Origin: Candidatus Saccharimonadales bacterium | Lineage (GTDB): Bacteria; Patescibacteriota; Saccharimonadia; Saccharimonadales; DATKHC01 | DNA length: 64,000 nucleotides | Reading direction: 5' to 3' | Assembly: GCA_035510465.1 (NCBI GenBank) | Contig: DATKHC010000004.1 | Span: 6,481 to 70,480, forward strand | Part shown: positions 16,927 through 25,303 of the stretch, piece by piece | Layout of the letters: the number at the start of each line of letters is the position of its first letter | Numbering within the stretch: position 1 is the stretch's first letter | Position numbers and translations under genes: made by a program | Notes under the pieces: generated by a model | Told to the model about the DNA's origin: nothing | Databases searched by the model: none | What the model saw: only the letters and a program-made list of their open reading frames with translations

Positions 16927-18312
16927 ATGGATGAATTGAACCCACAAAAGCTGAAAGCAGCAGTTAAGTACATAAATTCCTGGCTTGAGGTTAACTTTGA
17001 AAACTCAAGGCTACCAGCAATGCAGGTTGCTATTCAACATGGCAGTAAGATCATTTACTCAGAAGCATTTGGATATTCGGACGTAAAAGCTAAAGAAAAG
17101 CTAAATACTAGAAATGTTTTTAGGATCGCTTCTCATTCAAAGACCTTTACCGCCACCGCGATAATGCTGCTAGTAGAAGCCGGTAAGTTAAATCTCGATG
17201 ACAAGGTCAACAAATACGTTAGCTGGTTTAAGTCATCTAAAGATAAAAGAGTACAGGAAGTAACAATTCGGCAACTTCTAAATCATACTGCTGGAATAGT
17301 TAGAGATGGCTATGATTCAAACTTCTGGCAATTGCTGCATGAATTTCCCGATAAGAATGAGCTTAAAGCTTTTATATCTGACAGTAAATTGGTATATGAC
17401 CCTGATGAAAAGTTTAAGTATTCTAACTTTGGGTTTGGTTATCTTGGGCAAGTAATTGAGGCCGTAAGTGAAGTTTCATACCGAGAATATGTGACAAAAA
17501 ACATCGTTGATAAATTGGGTCTTAAATCGACTGGCCCTGACCTAGACTCTAAAGCCAAGAAACTCTTAGCAACTGGTTACGGGATCGAAATATTTAACAA
17601 AGAACGTCGAGTATTTGATCATATCGACACGCATGCTTTGTCTTCTGCGACAGGCTTTTATAGTAATGCAGAGGATTGCTGCCGATATTTCGCTTCTCAC
17701 TTCATTGGCAATAACTCTCTGATTAGCGATAAGTCTAAACGTTTAATGCAGCATGGTTATTGGAAGTCAGAGGGTACAAAAGAACGCTACGGACTGGGAA
17801 TGGTAAATTATAAATTAAACAGCTGGAATATTTTTGGACATAGCGGTGGATTTCCTGGTTTTACGACAAATACAAAGTTTGATGCTAAAAAGCAGCTTGT
17901 TGTATCAGTTTTAATTAATGCTTACGGCACATACACCAGCAATATATGCTCAAAATTGATTAGTATTATTGATACCTTCCAGCAAGATACTGCAAACATC
18001 AAAACCGACGTTACTAATCTGAAGAAGTTTGAAGGAAGGTTTTTCTGTACATGGGGACCAACGGACGTAATTCTTGCGGGAAAGAAGCTACTCGCTATTG
18101 ATCCATTAAACTGGGCTGATTTTGAAGACTGCGAAGAATTGACCGTTTTAGATGAAGATACCCTAAAAATTGCAAAATCCAGTGGCTACGGTCATTCTGG
18201 TGAATTAATTAAGTATAAATTTGATTCTAAGGGTAAAATCACCTCCTTTACTTATGCGGGAAGAACAATGCTTCCTTTTAATGAAGCTCAAAAACAAGGG
18301 TGGTTTTCATAA
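16927..18312 (+). CDS. beta-lactamase-family serine hydrolase (class C / PBP4*-like)
   Basis: SxxK (ASHSK), YxN (KYSNFG) and HSGG box. Confidence 0.7.
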   Translation: MDELNPQKLKAAVKYINSWLEVNFENSRLPAMQVAIQHGSKIIYSEAFGYSDVKAKEKLNTRNVFRIASHSKTFTATAIMLLVEAGKLNLDDKVNKYVSWFKSSKDKRVQEVTIRQLLNHTAGIVRDGYDSNFWQLLHEFPDKNELKAFISDSKLVYDPDEKFKYSNFGFGYLGQVIEAVSEVSYREYVTKNIVDKLGLKSTGPDLDSKAKKLLATGYGIEIFNKERRVFDHIDTHALSSATGFYSNAEDCCRYFASHFIGNNSLISDKSKRLMQHGYWKSEGTKERYGLGMVNYKLNSWNIFGHSGGFPGFTTNTKFDAKKQLVVSVLINAYGTYTSNICSKLISIIDTFQQDTANIKTDVTNLKKFEGRFFCTWGPTDVILAGKKLLAIDPLNWADFEDCEELTVLDEDTLKIAKSSGYGHSGELIKYKFDSKGKITSFTYAGRTMLPFNEAQKQGWFS

Positions 18313-18344
18313 ACCTACAGATAAAATTATTACATCATTAAATC

Positions 18345-18373
18345 GTACGGAACTCAACCTCAATTCCCAGCCA
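18345..18373 (+). repeat. 29-nt cassette repeat (last + copy)
   Basis: GTACGGAACTCAACCTCAATTCCCAGCCA. ATAAGCACTATGGGCAAT at ~18399 resembles the variant repeat family of the middle array. Confidence 0.9.
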
Positions 18374-18710
18374 TTTGATTTAACAGGTGTGATTATACAT
18401 AAGCACTATGGGCAATAAAATTCTATCTCTGTTAAAATGTTCGAATCCTTTGCCCTTGAATTGTACTGTTAACTTATCTCCCTTGAACAGGCGGATGGTC
18501 AAAAACGTCGATGTCATTTACTAAGGCGTAGCCTAATACTGGTGTTATGGCTTTTGTACTAAAAACAAAAGCTGATTCTCCTGATGAAATTCCTACAGTG
18601 GTATCTTGATAAAGAACCGGATCAAAAGTTGTACTGGACCCATTATTCTAGACAGTATTGTCTACAATAAGTTGTAGCAATATAGCAAACTAGTAATAGG
18701 GGGTTCACTT

Positions 18711-18977
18711 ATGCCTAAACGTCACGTCATCCGTCCGGATGTTAAAGCCCAGGTATTAAAGAGGTTAAAAGAGGATGGTGTACCAGTAGCTAAGTTAGCT
18801 GAGGAACATGGTATATCTACTAAGACCATTTATGGATGGCTAAGCAGAGGCACAGTTAACAACCAGCCCAGCGTACTAGCCTACGCTAAACTTAAAAAAG
18901 AAAACCAGATGCTAAAAGAGCTGGTTGGGTTAGTTAGCTTAGAGCTACAGACAGAGAAAAAAAAGACCATCAGGTAA
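18711..18977 (+). CDS. IS3-family transposase OrfA (HTH)
   Basis: HTH (VAKLAEEHGISTKTIYGWL) and leucine-zipper-like tail; A8 run at 18957-18964. Confidence 0.8.
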   Translation: MPKRHVIRPDVKAQVLKRLKEDGVPVAKLAEEHGISTKTIYGWLSRGTVNNQPSVLAYAKLKKENQMLKELVGLVSLELQTEKKKTIR

Positions 18978-18984
18978 GCTACTG

Positions 18985-19797
18985 ATGGCTGCTACCACTA
19001 TTGCCCCAAAGACTCTCGTAGCTAAACAACTAGGCATAGCCCGCTCAACCCTGTATTACCAATCTAGGTTAAGCGTTAAAGACGAGCAGCTTAGACAAGA
19101 CATATACCAGGTATTGCATCTGCACCCCAGTTACGGTTACCGGAGATTGGCCATCCATCTGGGCATTAACAAGAAGCGGACACTTAGGGTTATGCAGATC
19201 TACGGGATTAAGCCATACCGTAGGCGAGGCAAGAAACCAAAGTATACTCCCTCGCCTAGGATGGTAGATGCTGATCTACCTAACCTCATAGCTAACTACT
19301 TCCCATTAGCTTCTGGTGATGTCTGGGTTAGTGACTTTACCTACCTGCCATATGGCGGCAGGTTTATCTATGTAGCTACCATAATGGATTTGTACTCTAG
19401 GGAGATCGTCGGTTGGCAAGTCAGCACTAAACACGATACAGCCTTAATTGCCATGGCCTTTTATGCTGCCCTAGAAGCTTATGGTAGGCCAGAGATATTG
19501 CACTCTGACCGTGGCAGTGAGTATTTATCTCAGATCTACATTGAACTAGCTACCAATTGCGGTATTAACATGTCCTACTCTGCAAAAGCTAGCCCATGGG
19601 AGAATGGCTACCAGGAGAGCTTCTACAATGGCTTCAAGGTTGATCTAGGAGATCCGGGTAGATTCGTTGACATTGGCCAACTAGTTGAAGCTATTCACTT
19701 ACAGCTATATATTTACAACCACTACCGTATCCATTTAGCTTTGAAGATGGCGCCAAAACAATACCTAGCCCAACAGGCTACATTAGTTGCGGCTTAG
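18985..19797 (+). CDS. IS3-family transposase OrfB (DDE/rve integrase core)
   Basis: WVSDFTY (D), LHSDRGSEY (D), ENGYQESF (E). Confidence 0.8.
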   Translation: MAATTIAPKTLVAKQLGIARSTLYYQSRLSVKDEQLRQDIYQVLHLHPSYGYRRLAIHLGINKKRTLRVMQIYGIKPYRRRGKKPKYTPSPRMVDADLPNLIANYFPLASGDVWVSDFTYLPYGGRFIYVATIMDLYSREIVGWQVSTKHDTALIAMAFYAALEAYGRPEILHSDRGSEYLSQIYIELATNCGINMSYSAKASPWENGYQESFYNGFKVDLGDPGRFVDIGQLVEAIHLQLYIYNHYRIHLALKMAPKQYLAQQATLVAA

Positions 19798-19882
19798 GTT
19801 GTAGACAGAAGTGTCCGAAAAACGGGGTCCTTGACACCTAGAAAATAGGGAAGTAATCACAATGATTTCCGAACAGGTTATT

Positions 19883-19993
19883 TTAATTTGAGATGTACCC
19901 GATAGTAAAGGCAACAGTAAAAACAATAATAACGATGATTATTACGACATCAAGGCCGATTTTTTTAATCTCCTTCTCAGTCTTCTGCTTCAT
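19883..19993 (-). CDS. small TM ORF abutting the IS right end (possible remnant of an interrupted gene)
   Basis: Hand translation: MKQKTEKEIKKIGLDVVIIIVIIVFTVAFTIGYISN. Below the track cutoff. Confidence 0.2.
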   Translation of the reverse strand: MKQKTEKEIKKIGLDVVIIIVIIVFTVAFTIGYISN

Positions 19994-20024
19994 GGTCCCA
20001 TGTTAGCATAACGCTACTTGTGCT

Positions 20025-20047
20025 TGGCTCGGGCTGCAGTCGGATTT
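20025..20047 (-). repeat. variant (tRNA-Asn-3'-end-like) repeat V1
   Basis: TGGCTCGGGCTGCAGTCGGATTT; compare 24652 and the tRNA-Asn end TGGCTCCGGAGGCCGGATTCGAA. Confidence 0.6.
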
Positions 20048-20196
20048 TCTACTGTCAGAGAGCTTCTAGCCCTAACCTATGCTGAAGGGGGAATTGCACT
20101 TTCCTTTACAAAAATTCCTAAGCTCATTTTACCGTCGTTACTAAATAAGGAACCTATTACATTCTGCCACCCAATTTCGGGGACAAGTCGATCTAA

Positions 20197-20505
20197 CTAA
20201 TCATGATAGTCAACTAATCCAGCTGGGTCATCTTGCCAATAAGGAAACTCAACTACTATTTTATAACCCGTCTTTTCAAGAATACTATCTGAATCAAAAG
20301 TGGCTAGTTGTCCAAGCGTCTTCATTATTTCAACTCCAACTTCAGCAAAGGCCTCGTGTGAAGGAGGAATCACAGAGCGGCGATGAAGTTCAGCCCAACC
20401 TTGTAATGGCCCGTATTTTCTAAAGACGCTAGTGAGATCAAGGTTAGGGTACCCTTCAGCTGGGTACTTTCCTGGTATTTGCTCGGGCTCAATCTCTCTC
20501 GGCAT
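20197..20505 (-). CDS. hypothetical protein
   Basis: ORF track; no motif recognised. Confidence 0.4.
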   Translation of the reverse strand: MPREIEPEQIPGKYPAEGYPNLDLTSVFRKYGPLQGWAELHRRSVIPPSHEAFAEVGVEIMKTLGQLATFDSDSILEKTGYKIVVEFPYWQDDPAGLVDYHD

Positions 20506-20576
20506 AATGATTCACTCAACAGTTATATGGGCATAAGTATTTGTCATTAGTTATAAATATGCAACCATAAGCACTT

Positions 20577-20603
20577 TGGTTCCCACTAGTGGACGTACTT
20601 CGC
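20577..20603 (-). repeat. variant repeat V2
   Basis: AACCATAAGCACTT + TGGTTCCCACTAGTGGACGTACTTCGC. Confidence 0.5.
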
Positions 20604-20638
20604 ATCTTTGAAGTTAGCAATGAAAGTTATTCTTACGA

Positions 20639-21001
20639 CTACGGATTAACAGTGATTGCTTGAGCCTGATTATTTGGGCCTACATTGATCGCCACAGTTT
20701 CACCTAGATGAATATCGTTCTCACTGAACTGTTGTGGAGTCCCGCCGCCTGCTGATTTCGGTAAGCCTAGTATGGTTGTATTCGTAATGCTGTATGTCTT
20801 GGAAATGGAACTGCCACTTGGCCGAATCGTGATGCTCATAGTGTTAACTGCCGTCACAGTACCAGTGATAGGACTGTGCAAATAAGCAAGAAAGCCAAGC
20901 GCTGCAACCACTAAGATGAGCATCACAATCACAACCCATACGGTTCGCTTTGGCTTATGCGCGACAGCTGTTTCTGTATGGTCGTTTGGGTACTTATCCA
21001 T
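20639..21001 (-). CDS. small single-pass membrane protein
   Basis: KPKR followed by the TM helix TVWVVIVMLILVVAALGFLAYL. Confidence 0.5.
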   Translation of the reverse strand: MDKYPNDHTETAVAHKPKRTVWVVIVMLILVVAALGFLAYLHSPITGTVTAVNTMSITIRPSGSSISKTYSITNTTILGLPKSAGGGTPQQFSENDIHLGETVAINVGPNNQAQAITVNP

Positions 21002-21162
21002 TCGTCCTTATTATAAGAGCTTGGGCTTACCTAGCAAGAAATTAGGCTATAGAAAACTAGATTCTTGCTCAAAACCGTCCATATTGATCTTTTAATTTTG
21101 TAAAATTTTTTACAGACCGTAGAGTATGAAGGCAATTATAATTACACAGAAGGTTGGTTTAG

Positions 21163-22131
21163 GTGATGGCTAAGATATATCTGTTTTGCTCTGCCGAGCA
21201 GTTCCATCCGGAGGTGATAGTTAAACAGGCCATATTGGCCGAGGAAGTCGGCTTCGATGGAGTGATGATTTCTGAGCACTTTCATCCGTGGGTGCACGAT
21301 GAGGGAACTAGTGGTTTCACGTTTTCAACGTTGGGTGCCATTGCCGCCAAAACTAAAAGAATTAATCTGATGACGGCCGTTACCACACCATTATTTCGTT
21401 ATCACCCAGGGGTGGTGGCACAGGCAGCTGCTACAATTGACCGACTGAGTGATGGTCGTTTTGAGCTCGGTATTGGCTCCGGCGAAAATATAAATGAAAA
21501 ACCGCTTGGCTATAATTTTCCTGGCTATGCTGAACGATCTAAAAGATTAGTTGAAGCTATTGAAATTATCAGACGTTTACTTAACAGCGAGGGGTTAGAT
21601 TTTAACGGCGAATTTTATCAAACAAATTCCGCAAAGTTATATAGTCCTCCTTCCCACACAGTACCTATTTTCTTAGCTGCAGGTGGGGCGCAAACAGCTT
21701 CCACAGCCGTTAAATACTGCGATGGCATGATTGTCAGCGTTAAAGATGTTAATGAAACCAAGGAAATACTAAAAACAATCAGCCCAACAAAAGCTAGTAG
21801 CTTTAAGATAATAGCAAGCCGATGGTCAATTTACGCCCAGACAGATGAACAAGCCTGGCAGGCGCTACTGCCTCAGAGAGGACTTAGGGCACCAAGTCGT
21901 GGCACAGCTGGACCTAAGGAGTTACAACGAGAGGCTGACAGCATGCCTAAAAGTGATATACTCAGCAAATACCACCGCTTAAAAACCCCAGAGGATTACA
22001 TTTCTGCCTACTCGCCACTCATTACCGATATTAAGGCCGATGTAGTGGGTATCCAGACAACTTCACTTGACCAACCAAGGACCATTAAAATGCTGGGTAG
22101 GGAAGTGCTACCTAAGTTAACTAAATTATGA
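21163..22131 (+). CDS. luciferase-like (LLM class) flavin/F420-dependent oxidoreductase
   Basis: ISEHFHPW and GRFELGIGSGE patterns typical of LLM proteins. Confidence 0.65.
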   Translation: MMAKIYLFCSAEQFHPEVIVKQAILAEEVGFDGVMISEHFHPWVHDEGTSGFTFSTLGAIAAKTKRINLMTAVTTPLFRYHPGVVAQAAATIDRLSDGRFELGIGSGENINEKPLGYNFPGYAERSKRLVEAIEIIRRLLNSEGLDFNGEFYQTNSAKLYSPPSHTVPIFLAAGGAQTASTAVKYCDGMIVSVKDVNETKEILKTISPTKASSFKIIASRWSIYAQTDEQAWQALLPQRGLRAPSRGTAGPKELQREADSMPKSDILSKYHRLKTPEDYISAYSPLITDIKADVVGIQTTSLDQPRTIKMLGREVLPKLTKL

Positions 22132-22144
22132 GAGGAGCAATTTT

Positions 22145-23020
22145 ATGAAAGTTGGATTGCAAATAAGTCGTTTCAATTTTTCTGGTGGTGCCAAAAAGAT
22201 TGGAGAAAACGTTAAGAAGATATCTGTTGCAGCGGAAGACGCTGGCTTCGACAGTATTTGGGTGATGGATCATTTCTTTCAAATTGGGCATCTCGGCCCA
22301 TATACAGATCCCATGCTTGAAGCCTACACAAGCTTAGGATATATAGCTGGCGTCACCAAAAAAGTAAGCCTGGGTACAATGGTAACCGGTGTCATATACA
22401 GAGAGCCTGCACTACTAATAAATGCTGTTACCACGCTCGATGTTTTATCAGGAGGCAGAGCCTATCTAGGAATAGGAGCTGGTTGGAATGACCAAGAAGC
22501 CAATGCTCTAGGCTTCTTAGATCCCTTGCACTCAAGGCGTTTCGAGAGGCTTGAAGACGCCTTGCAGCTTGCTCTAAAGATGTGGTCTGGCGATTCAACA
22601 GGGTTTAAAGGTAAAGTCTATGAACTTAAGGAGCCATACCTGTCACCACAGCCCGTATCACGCCCCCATCCGCCCATACTGATTGGAGGCGGGGGTGAGG
22701 AGAAAACCCTTAGGTTAGTGGCTAAGTACGGCGATGCCTGTAACTTATTCGCTAGAGACATGGAGCAGTTGGCCCACAAACTTGAGGTACTTAAGAAGCA
22801 TTGCAATGAACTAAAAAGACCCTATGAGCAAATTGAGAAGACAGCTCTTGCCGGTAGAGACATAACAAGCACCGCGAATAATCCTAAAGAAACTCTAGAG
22901 CTGGCTCAACGTTTAAGCGAATTAGGGATTGAACACATCATGTTTTCTAATAGTACCGACGCAGATGTCCAGTCTTATAAGAAGCTTGAGAGCGTGGTTG
23001 AAAAAATTCACAAGATGTAG
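22145..23020 (+). CDS. luciferase-like (LLM class) flavin/F420-dependent oxidoreductase
   Basis: WVMDHF and GRAYLGIGAGW patterns. Confidence 0.65.
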   Translation: MKVGLQISRFNFSGGAKKIGENVKKISVAAEDAGFDSIWVMDHFFQIGHLGPYTDPMLEAYTSLGYIAGVTKKVSLGTMVTGVIYREPALLINAVTTLDVLSGGRAYLGIGAGWNDQEANALGFLDPLHSRRFERLEDALQLALKMWSGDSTGFKGKVYELKEPYLSPQPVSRPHPPILIGGGGEEKTLRLVAKYGDACNLFARDMEQLAHKLEVLKKHCNELKRPYEQIEKTALAGRDITSTANNPKETLELAQRLSELGIEHIMFSNSTDADVQSYKKLESVVEKIHKM

Positions 23021-23553
23021 TGGTATCTAGAGGTTTTACGATGATAGCAAACGAATTGATACAAGACGCATTTTATAGGATAAAGGAAATCGTTCATCAA
23101 ACTGTGGAAGGCACGAGTATTGACGAGTTAAGTTTTAGACCAGCTAAGTCGGCCAACTCCATAGCATGGCTAGTTTGGCACCTAACTCGAATTCAAGATG
23201 ATCACGTATCTGCCATGGCTGACGGCAACCAGATCTGGTTAAAACAATGGCATGAGCAATTCTCGTTACCGTTTAACGCAGAAGACACGGGCTATGGGCA
23301 TAGCCCAGAAGATGTAGGTAGGGTTACGGTAGAAGCTAAGCTTCTGCTCGGCTACTACGATGCAGTACATGACAAAACGATAAAGTTTACTCAGAGATTA
23401 AATGAGAAAGATTATAAGAAAGTGGTTGATAAGCGGTGGGACCCACCTGTTACATTAGCCGCAAGACTTATCAGCGTTATATCTGACGACCTTCAGCATG
23501 CCGGACAGGCTGCTTATATTAGAGGGTTGTCCAGAGGGTTAATATCCAATTAG
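23020..23553 (+). CDS. DinB-family protein
   Basis: WLVWHLTRIQDDH and a C-terminal DDLQHAGQAAY four-helix metal-site pattern. Confidence 0.55.
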   Translation: MVSRGFTMIANELIQDAFYRIKEIVHQTVEGTSIDELSFRPAKSANSIAWLVWHLTRIQDDHVSAMADGNQIWLKQWHEQFSLPFNAEDTGYGHSPEDVGRVTVEAKLLLGYYDAVHDKTIKFTQRLNEKDYKKVVDKRWDPPVTLAARLISVISDDLQHAGQAAYIRGLSRGLISN

Positions 23554-23588
23554 TCGTCTAAAAATAAATGTTTATGAATACTTATAGA

Positions 23589-23612
23589 TGGCTCGCCTTG
23601 GTTGACCAGGTC
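23589..23612 (-). repeat. variant repeat V5
   Basis: CTTATAGA + TGGCTCGCCTTGGTTGACCAGGTC; 6 nt downstream of the stop at 23618. Confidence 0.45.
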
Positions 23613-23617
23613 AGAAA

Positions 23618-24046
23618 TCAAATAGTGGTTTCCTTGGCATACCAAGAGTTTACGAATACTACCGCTAGTTCGTCATATAGTTCACGAGAGCCAGGGGTTA
23701 CCTGAAGCATCCCTTGAACAAAAGGATTTTCTGGGTCATATCTTACTCGTGAAAAAGAATTATCGATCCTTTCAAATTCACGACTATGCAATAGTTCTGA
23801 AAAAGTCGAGCTTAGTGTTGGTGAATCTCCATGTATCGGGTGAGGTCTAATACTGAAGTGAGGACTTAGGCCTTCCACGTTTCCCCTAAGACAAGTATAT
23901 GCTTCAGCCATTGCTTCATGAATCCTCGGGTCATGCGTACTGAACCAAAACGGGTGGCCAAGTCTCTTTGCGGCAGAGTAGAATACTCCTCTTACAAAAT
24001 CAACTGCTAGTAGTTCCGTTGGCCTTGGTTCCGTCTCTTTTGCCAT
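23618..24046 (-). CDS. hypothetical protein
   Basis: ORF track. Confidence 0.4.
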   Translation of the reverse strand: MAKETEPRPTELLAVDFVRGVFYSAAKRLGHPFWFSTHDPRIHEAMAEAYTCLRGNVEGLSPHFSIRPHPIHGDSPTLSSTFSELLHSREFERIDNSFSRVRYDPENPFVQGMLQVTPGSRELYDELAVVFVNSWYAKETTI

Positions 24047-24091
24047 TTAAGCTAATTGTATACTTCAATGAGATATAAACCATAAGCACTT

Positions 24092-24115
24092 TGGCTCCGC
24101 TTACCCGACATATTC
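24092..24115 (-). repeat. variant repeat V3
   Basis: AACCATAAGCACTT + TGGCTCCGCTTACCCGACATATTC. Confidence 0.5.
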
Positions 24116-24180
24116 AGAACTGACTACTATAAATCAATAATGAACGTTGGCAGGGAATTAGAGAGTGGGCTACTCGGACT

Positions 24181-24594
24181 TCAGTCAGAGCTCGGAGCGG
24201 TTTGATGGGCTTCTTTGTCAACTGGCTGCAAGTTATAACCAGGTATTAAGAAGCGGTCGGTCGTTAGTTCTAGTTCGTTAGAGCCCCACAATTCGGATAT
24301 TGCATCTCCACAAATTTGCACTTTACGTTCTTCGTCTTGTGTTAGTACCCTAATACCCGTAACTTGCTCTATAATATCTTCTCTCTTGACAGGTAGACCT
24401 TGTTCTCTAGAAAATAATTCCCTTACTAATTGCTTGGCTGCGTTTTTTTGTCTTTCCCAGCGTACTTCAACACCTTCGGATGAATGTAAATCTTCTTTAA
24501 ACTGAGCGATGCGTCGAGCATCTACCCGTCTCGCCTCTAATAAATATGGGTCTGTTAATTCTCCTGAAAGTGGCCTATCTATGTATGATTTCAT
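24181..24594 (-). CDS. hypothetical protein
   Basis: ORF track. Confidence 0.4.
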   Translation of the reverse strand: MKSYIDRPLSGELTDPYLLEARRVDARRIAQFKEDLHSSEGVEVRWERQKNAAKQLVRELFSREQGLPVKREDIIEQVTGIRVLTQDEERKVQICGDAISELWGSNELELTTDRFLIPGYNLQPVDKEAHQTAPSSD

Positions 24595-24651
24595 TACTCA
24601 TATTCACTTAATAATCCTACTTTAGGTCCGAGAATACAACCAGAAGCACTT

Positions 24652-24674
24652 TGGCTCGGGCTGCAGTTGGATTT
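24652..24674 (-). repeat. variant repeat V4
   Basis: AACCAGAAGCACTT + TGGCTCGGGCTGCAGTTGGATTT; 6 nt downstream of the hicA stop. Confidence 0.6.
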
Positions 24675-24679
24675 AAGAA

Positions 24680-24901
24680 TTATTTTTTAATGCTTGGATT
24701 AGTGAAAACTTTGTTATCAAGACCTGATTGCCGAATTATAGACCTGAATGTGCCAATTGGGATTTCTTTCCTAGGCGTTGGTACAATAACCGTGTTTGAA
24801 GCTTTTCGGTATTTTGCGTGACTCCCTCGCTGAGAAACAAATACAAAACCTTGATGTTGGAGTACCTTGATAACTTCTTTTGATGAGAGTAACTTAGGCA
24901 T
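24680..24901 (-). CDS. hicA: HicA-family toxin
   Basis: SSKEVIKVLQHQGFVFVSQRGSHAKY is the HicA pattern; 8-nt overlap with hicB. Confidence 0.75.
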   Translation of the reverse strand: MPKLLSSKEVIKVLQHQGFVFVSQRGSHAKYRKASNTVIVPTPRKEIPIGTFRSIIRQSGLDNKVFTNPSIKK

Positions 24902-25121
24902 GTTGCAAACGAAGTGTATGGACAGTGGGGTGCTCTACATTTGTAGAGTAGTTGTCCCGTGGCATATCTTCTAAGTACAATACAAGTGCCTCTTGCAGGT
25001 TAGCTAAGGCTTCTTTTTCACTCTCTCCAAAACTAGAGACATCAACATTAAGACACTGGGCAACATAATATTTGCCCTCTTTGTATACAACTGATTGGTA
25101 GGTAGTTTGAGCCATAGCCAT
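24894..25121 (-). CDS. hicB: HicB-family antitoxin
   Basis: Start moved to MAMAQTTYQ because the track N-terminus runs through tRNA-Asn. YVAQCLNVDVSSFGESEKEALANLQEAL is the HicB N-domain pattern. Confidence 0.7.
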   Translation of the reverse strand: MAMAQTTYQSVVYKEGKYYVAQCLNVDVSSFGESEKEALANLQEALVLYLEDMPRDNYSTNVEHPTVHTLRLQHA

Positions 25122-25147
25122 ATTATACCACTTTATTACTACTAATT

Positions 25148-25222
25148 TGGCTCCGGAGGCCGGATTCGAACCGGCAACCGTCGCCTTAACAGGGCGCTGC
25201 TCTACCGTTGAGCTACTCCGGA
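25148..25222 (-). tRNA. tRNA-Asn (GUU), CCA encoded
   Basis: Hand fold: acceptor TCCGGAG/CTCCGGA, D stem GCTC/GAGC, anticodon loop CTGTTAA, T arm GCCGG-TTCGAAT-CCGGC, then GCCA. Confidence 0.9.
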
Positions 25223-25303
25223 ATGACATACCTTAAATACTTAAATAGCAGAAGTATCTTCGGTTCCTAATAAATCTATCAGAGTATTTTGATTTAAGCT
25301 ACC

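Larger units (their letters stand above)
18630..19836 (+). mobile_element. IS3-family insertion sequence (~1.2 kb)
   Basis: Imperfect terminal inverted repeats: TGTACTGGACCC..GTCTACAA on the left and TTGTAGAC..GGGGTCCTTGACA on the right. Contains orfA and orfB. Confidence 0.75.

Noticed and set aside
24894-25229. Full-length track ORF for HicB, and the 356-aa version of the ABC ATPase (26527..27597)
   Set aside because: Their N-terminal extensions run antisense or sense through tRNA-Asn and tRNA-Ser respectively. Internal Met starts give proteins of normal length. ORF 42936..43151 is likewise just the tRNA-Leu region.
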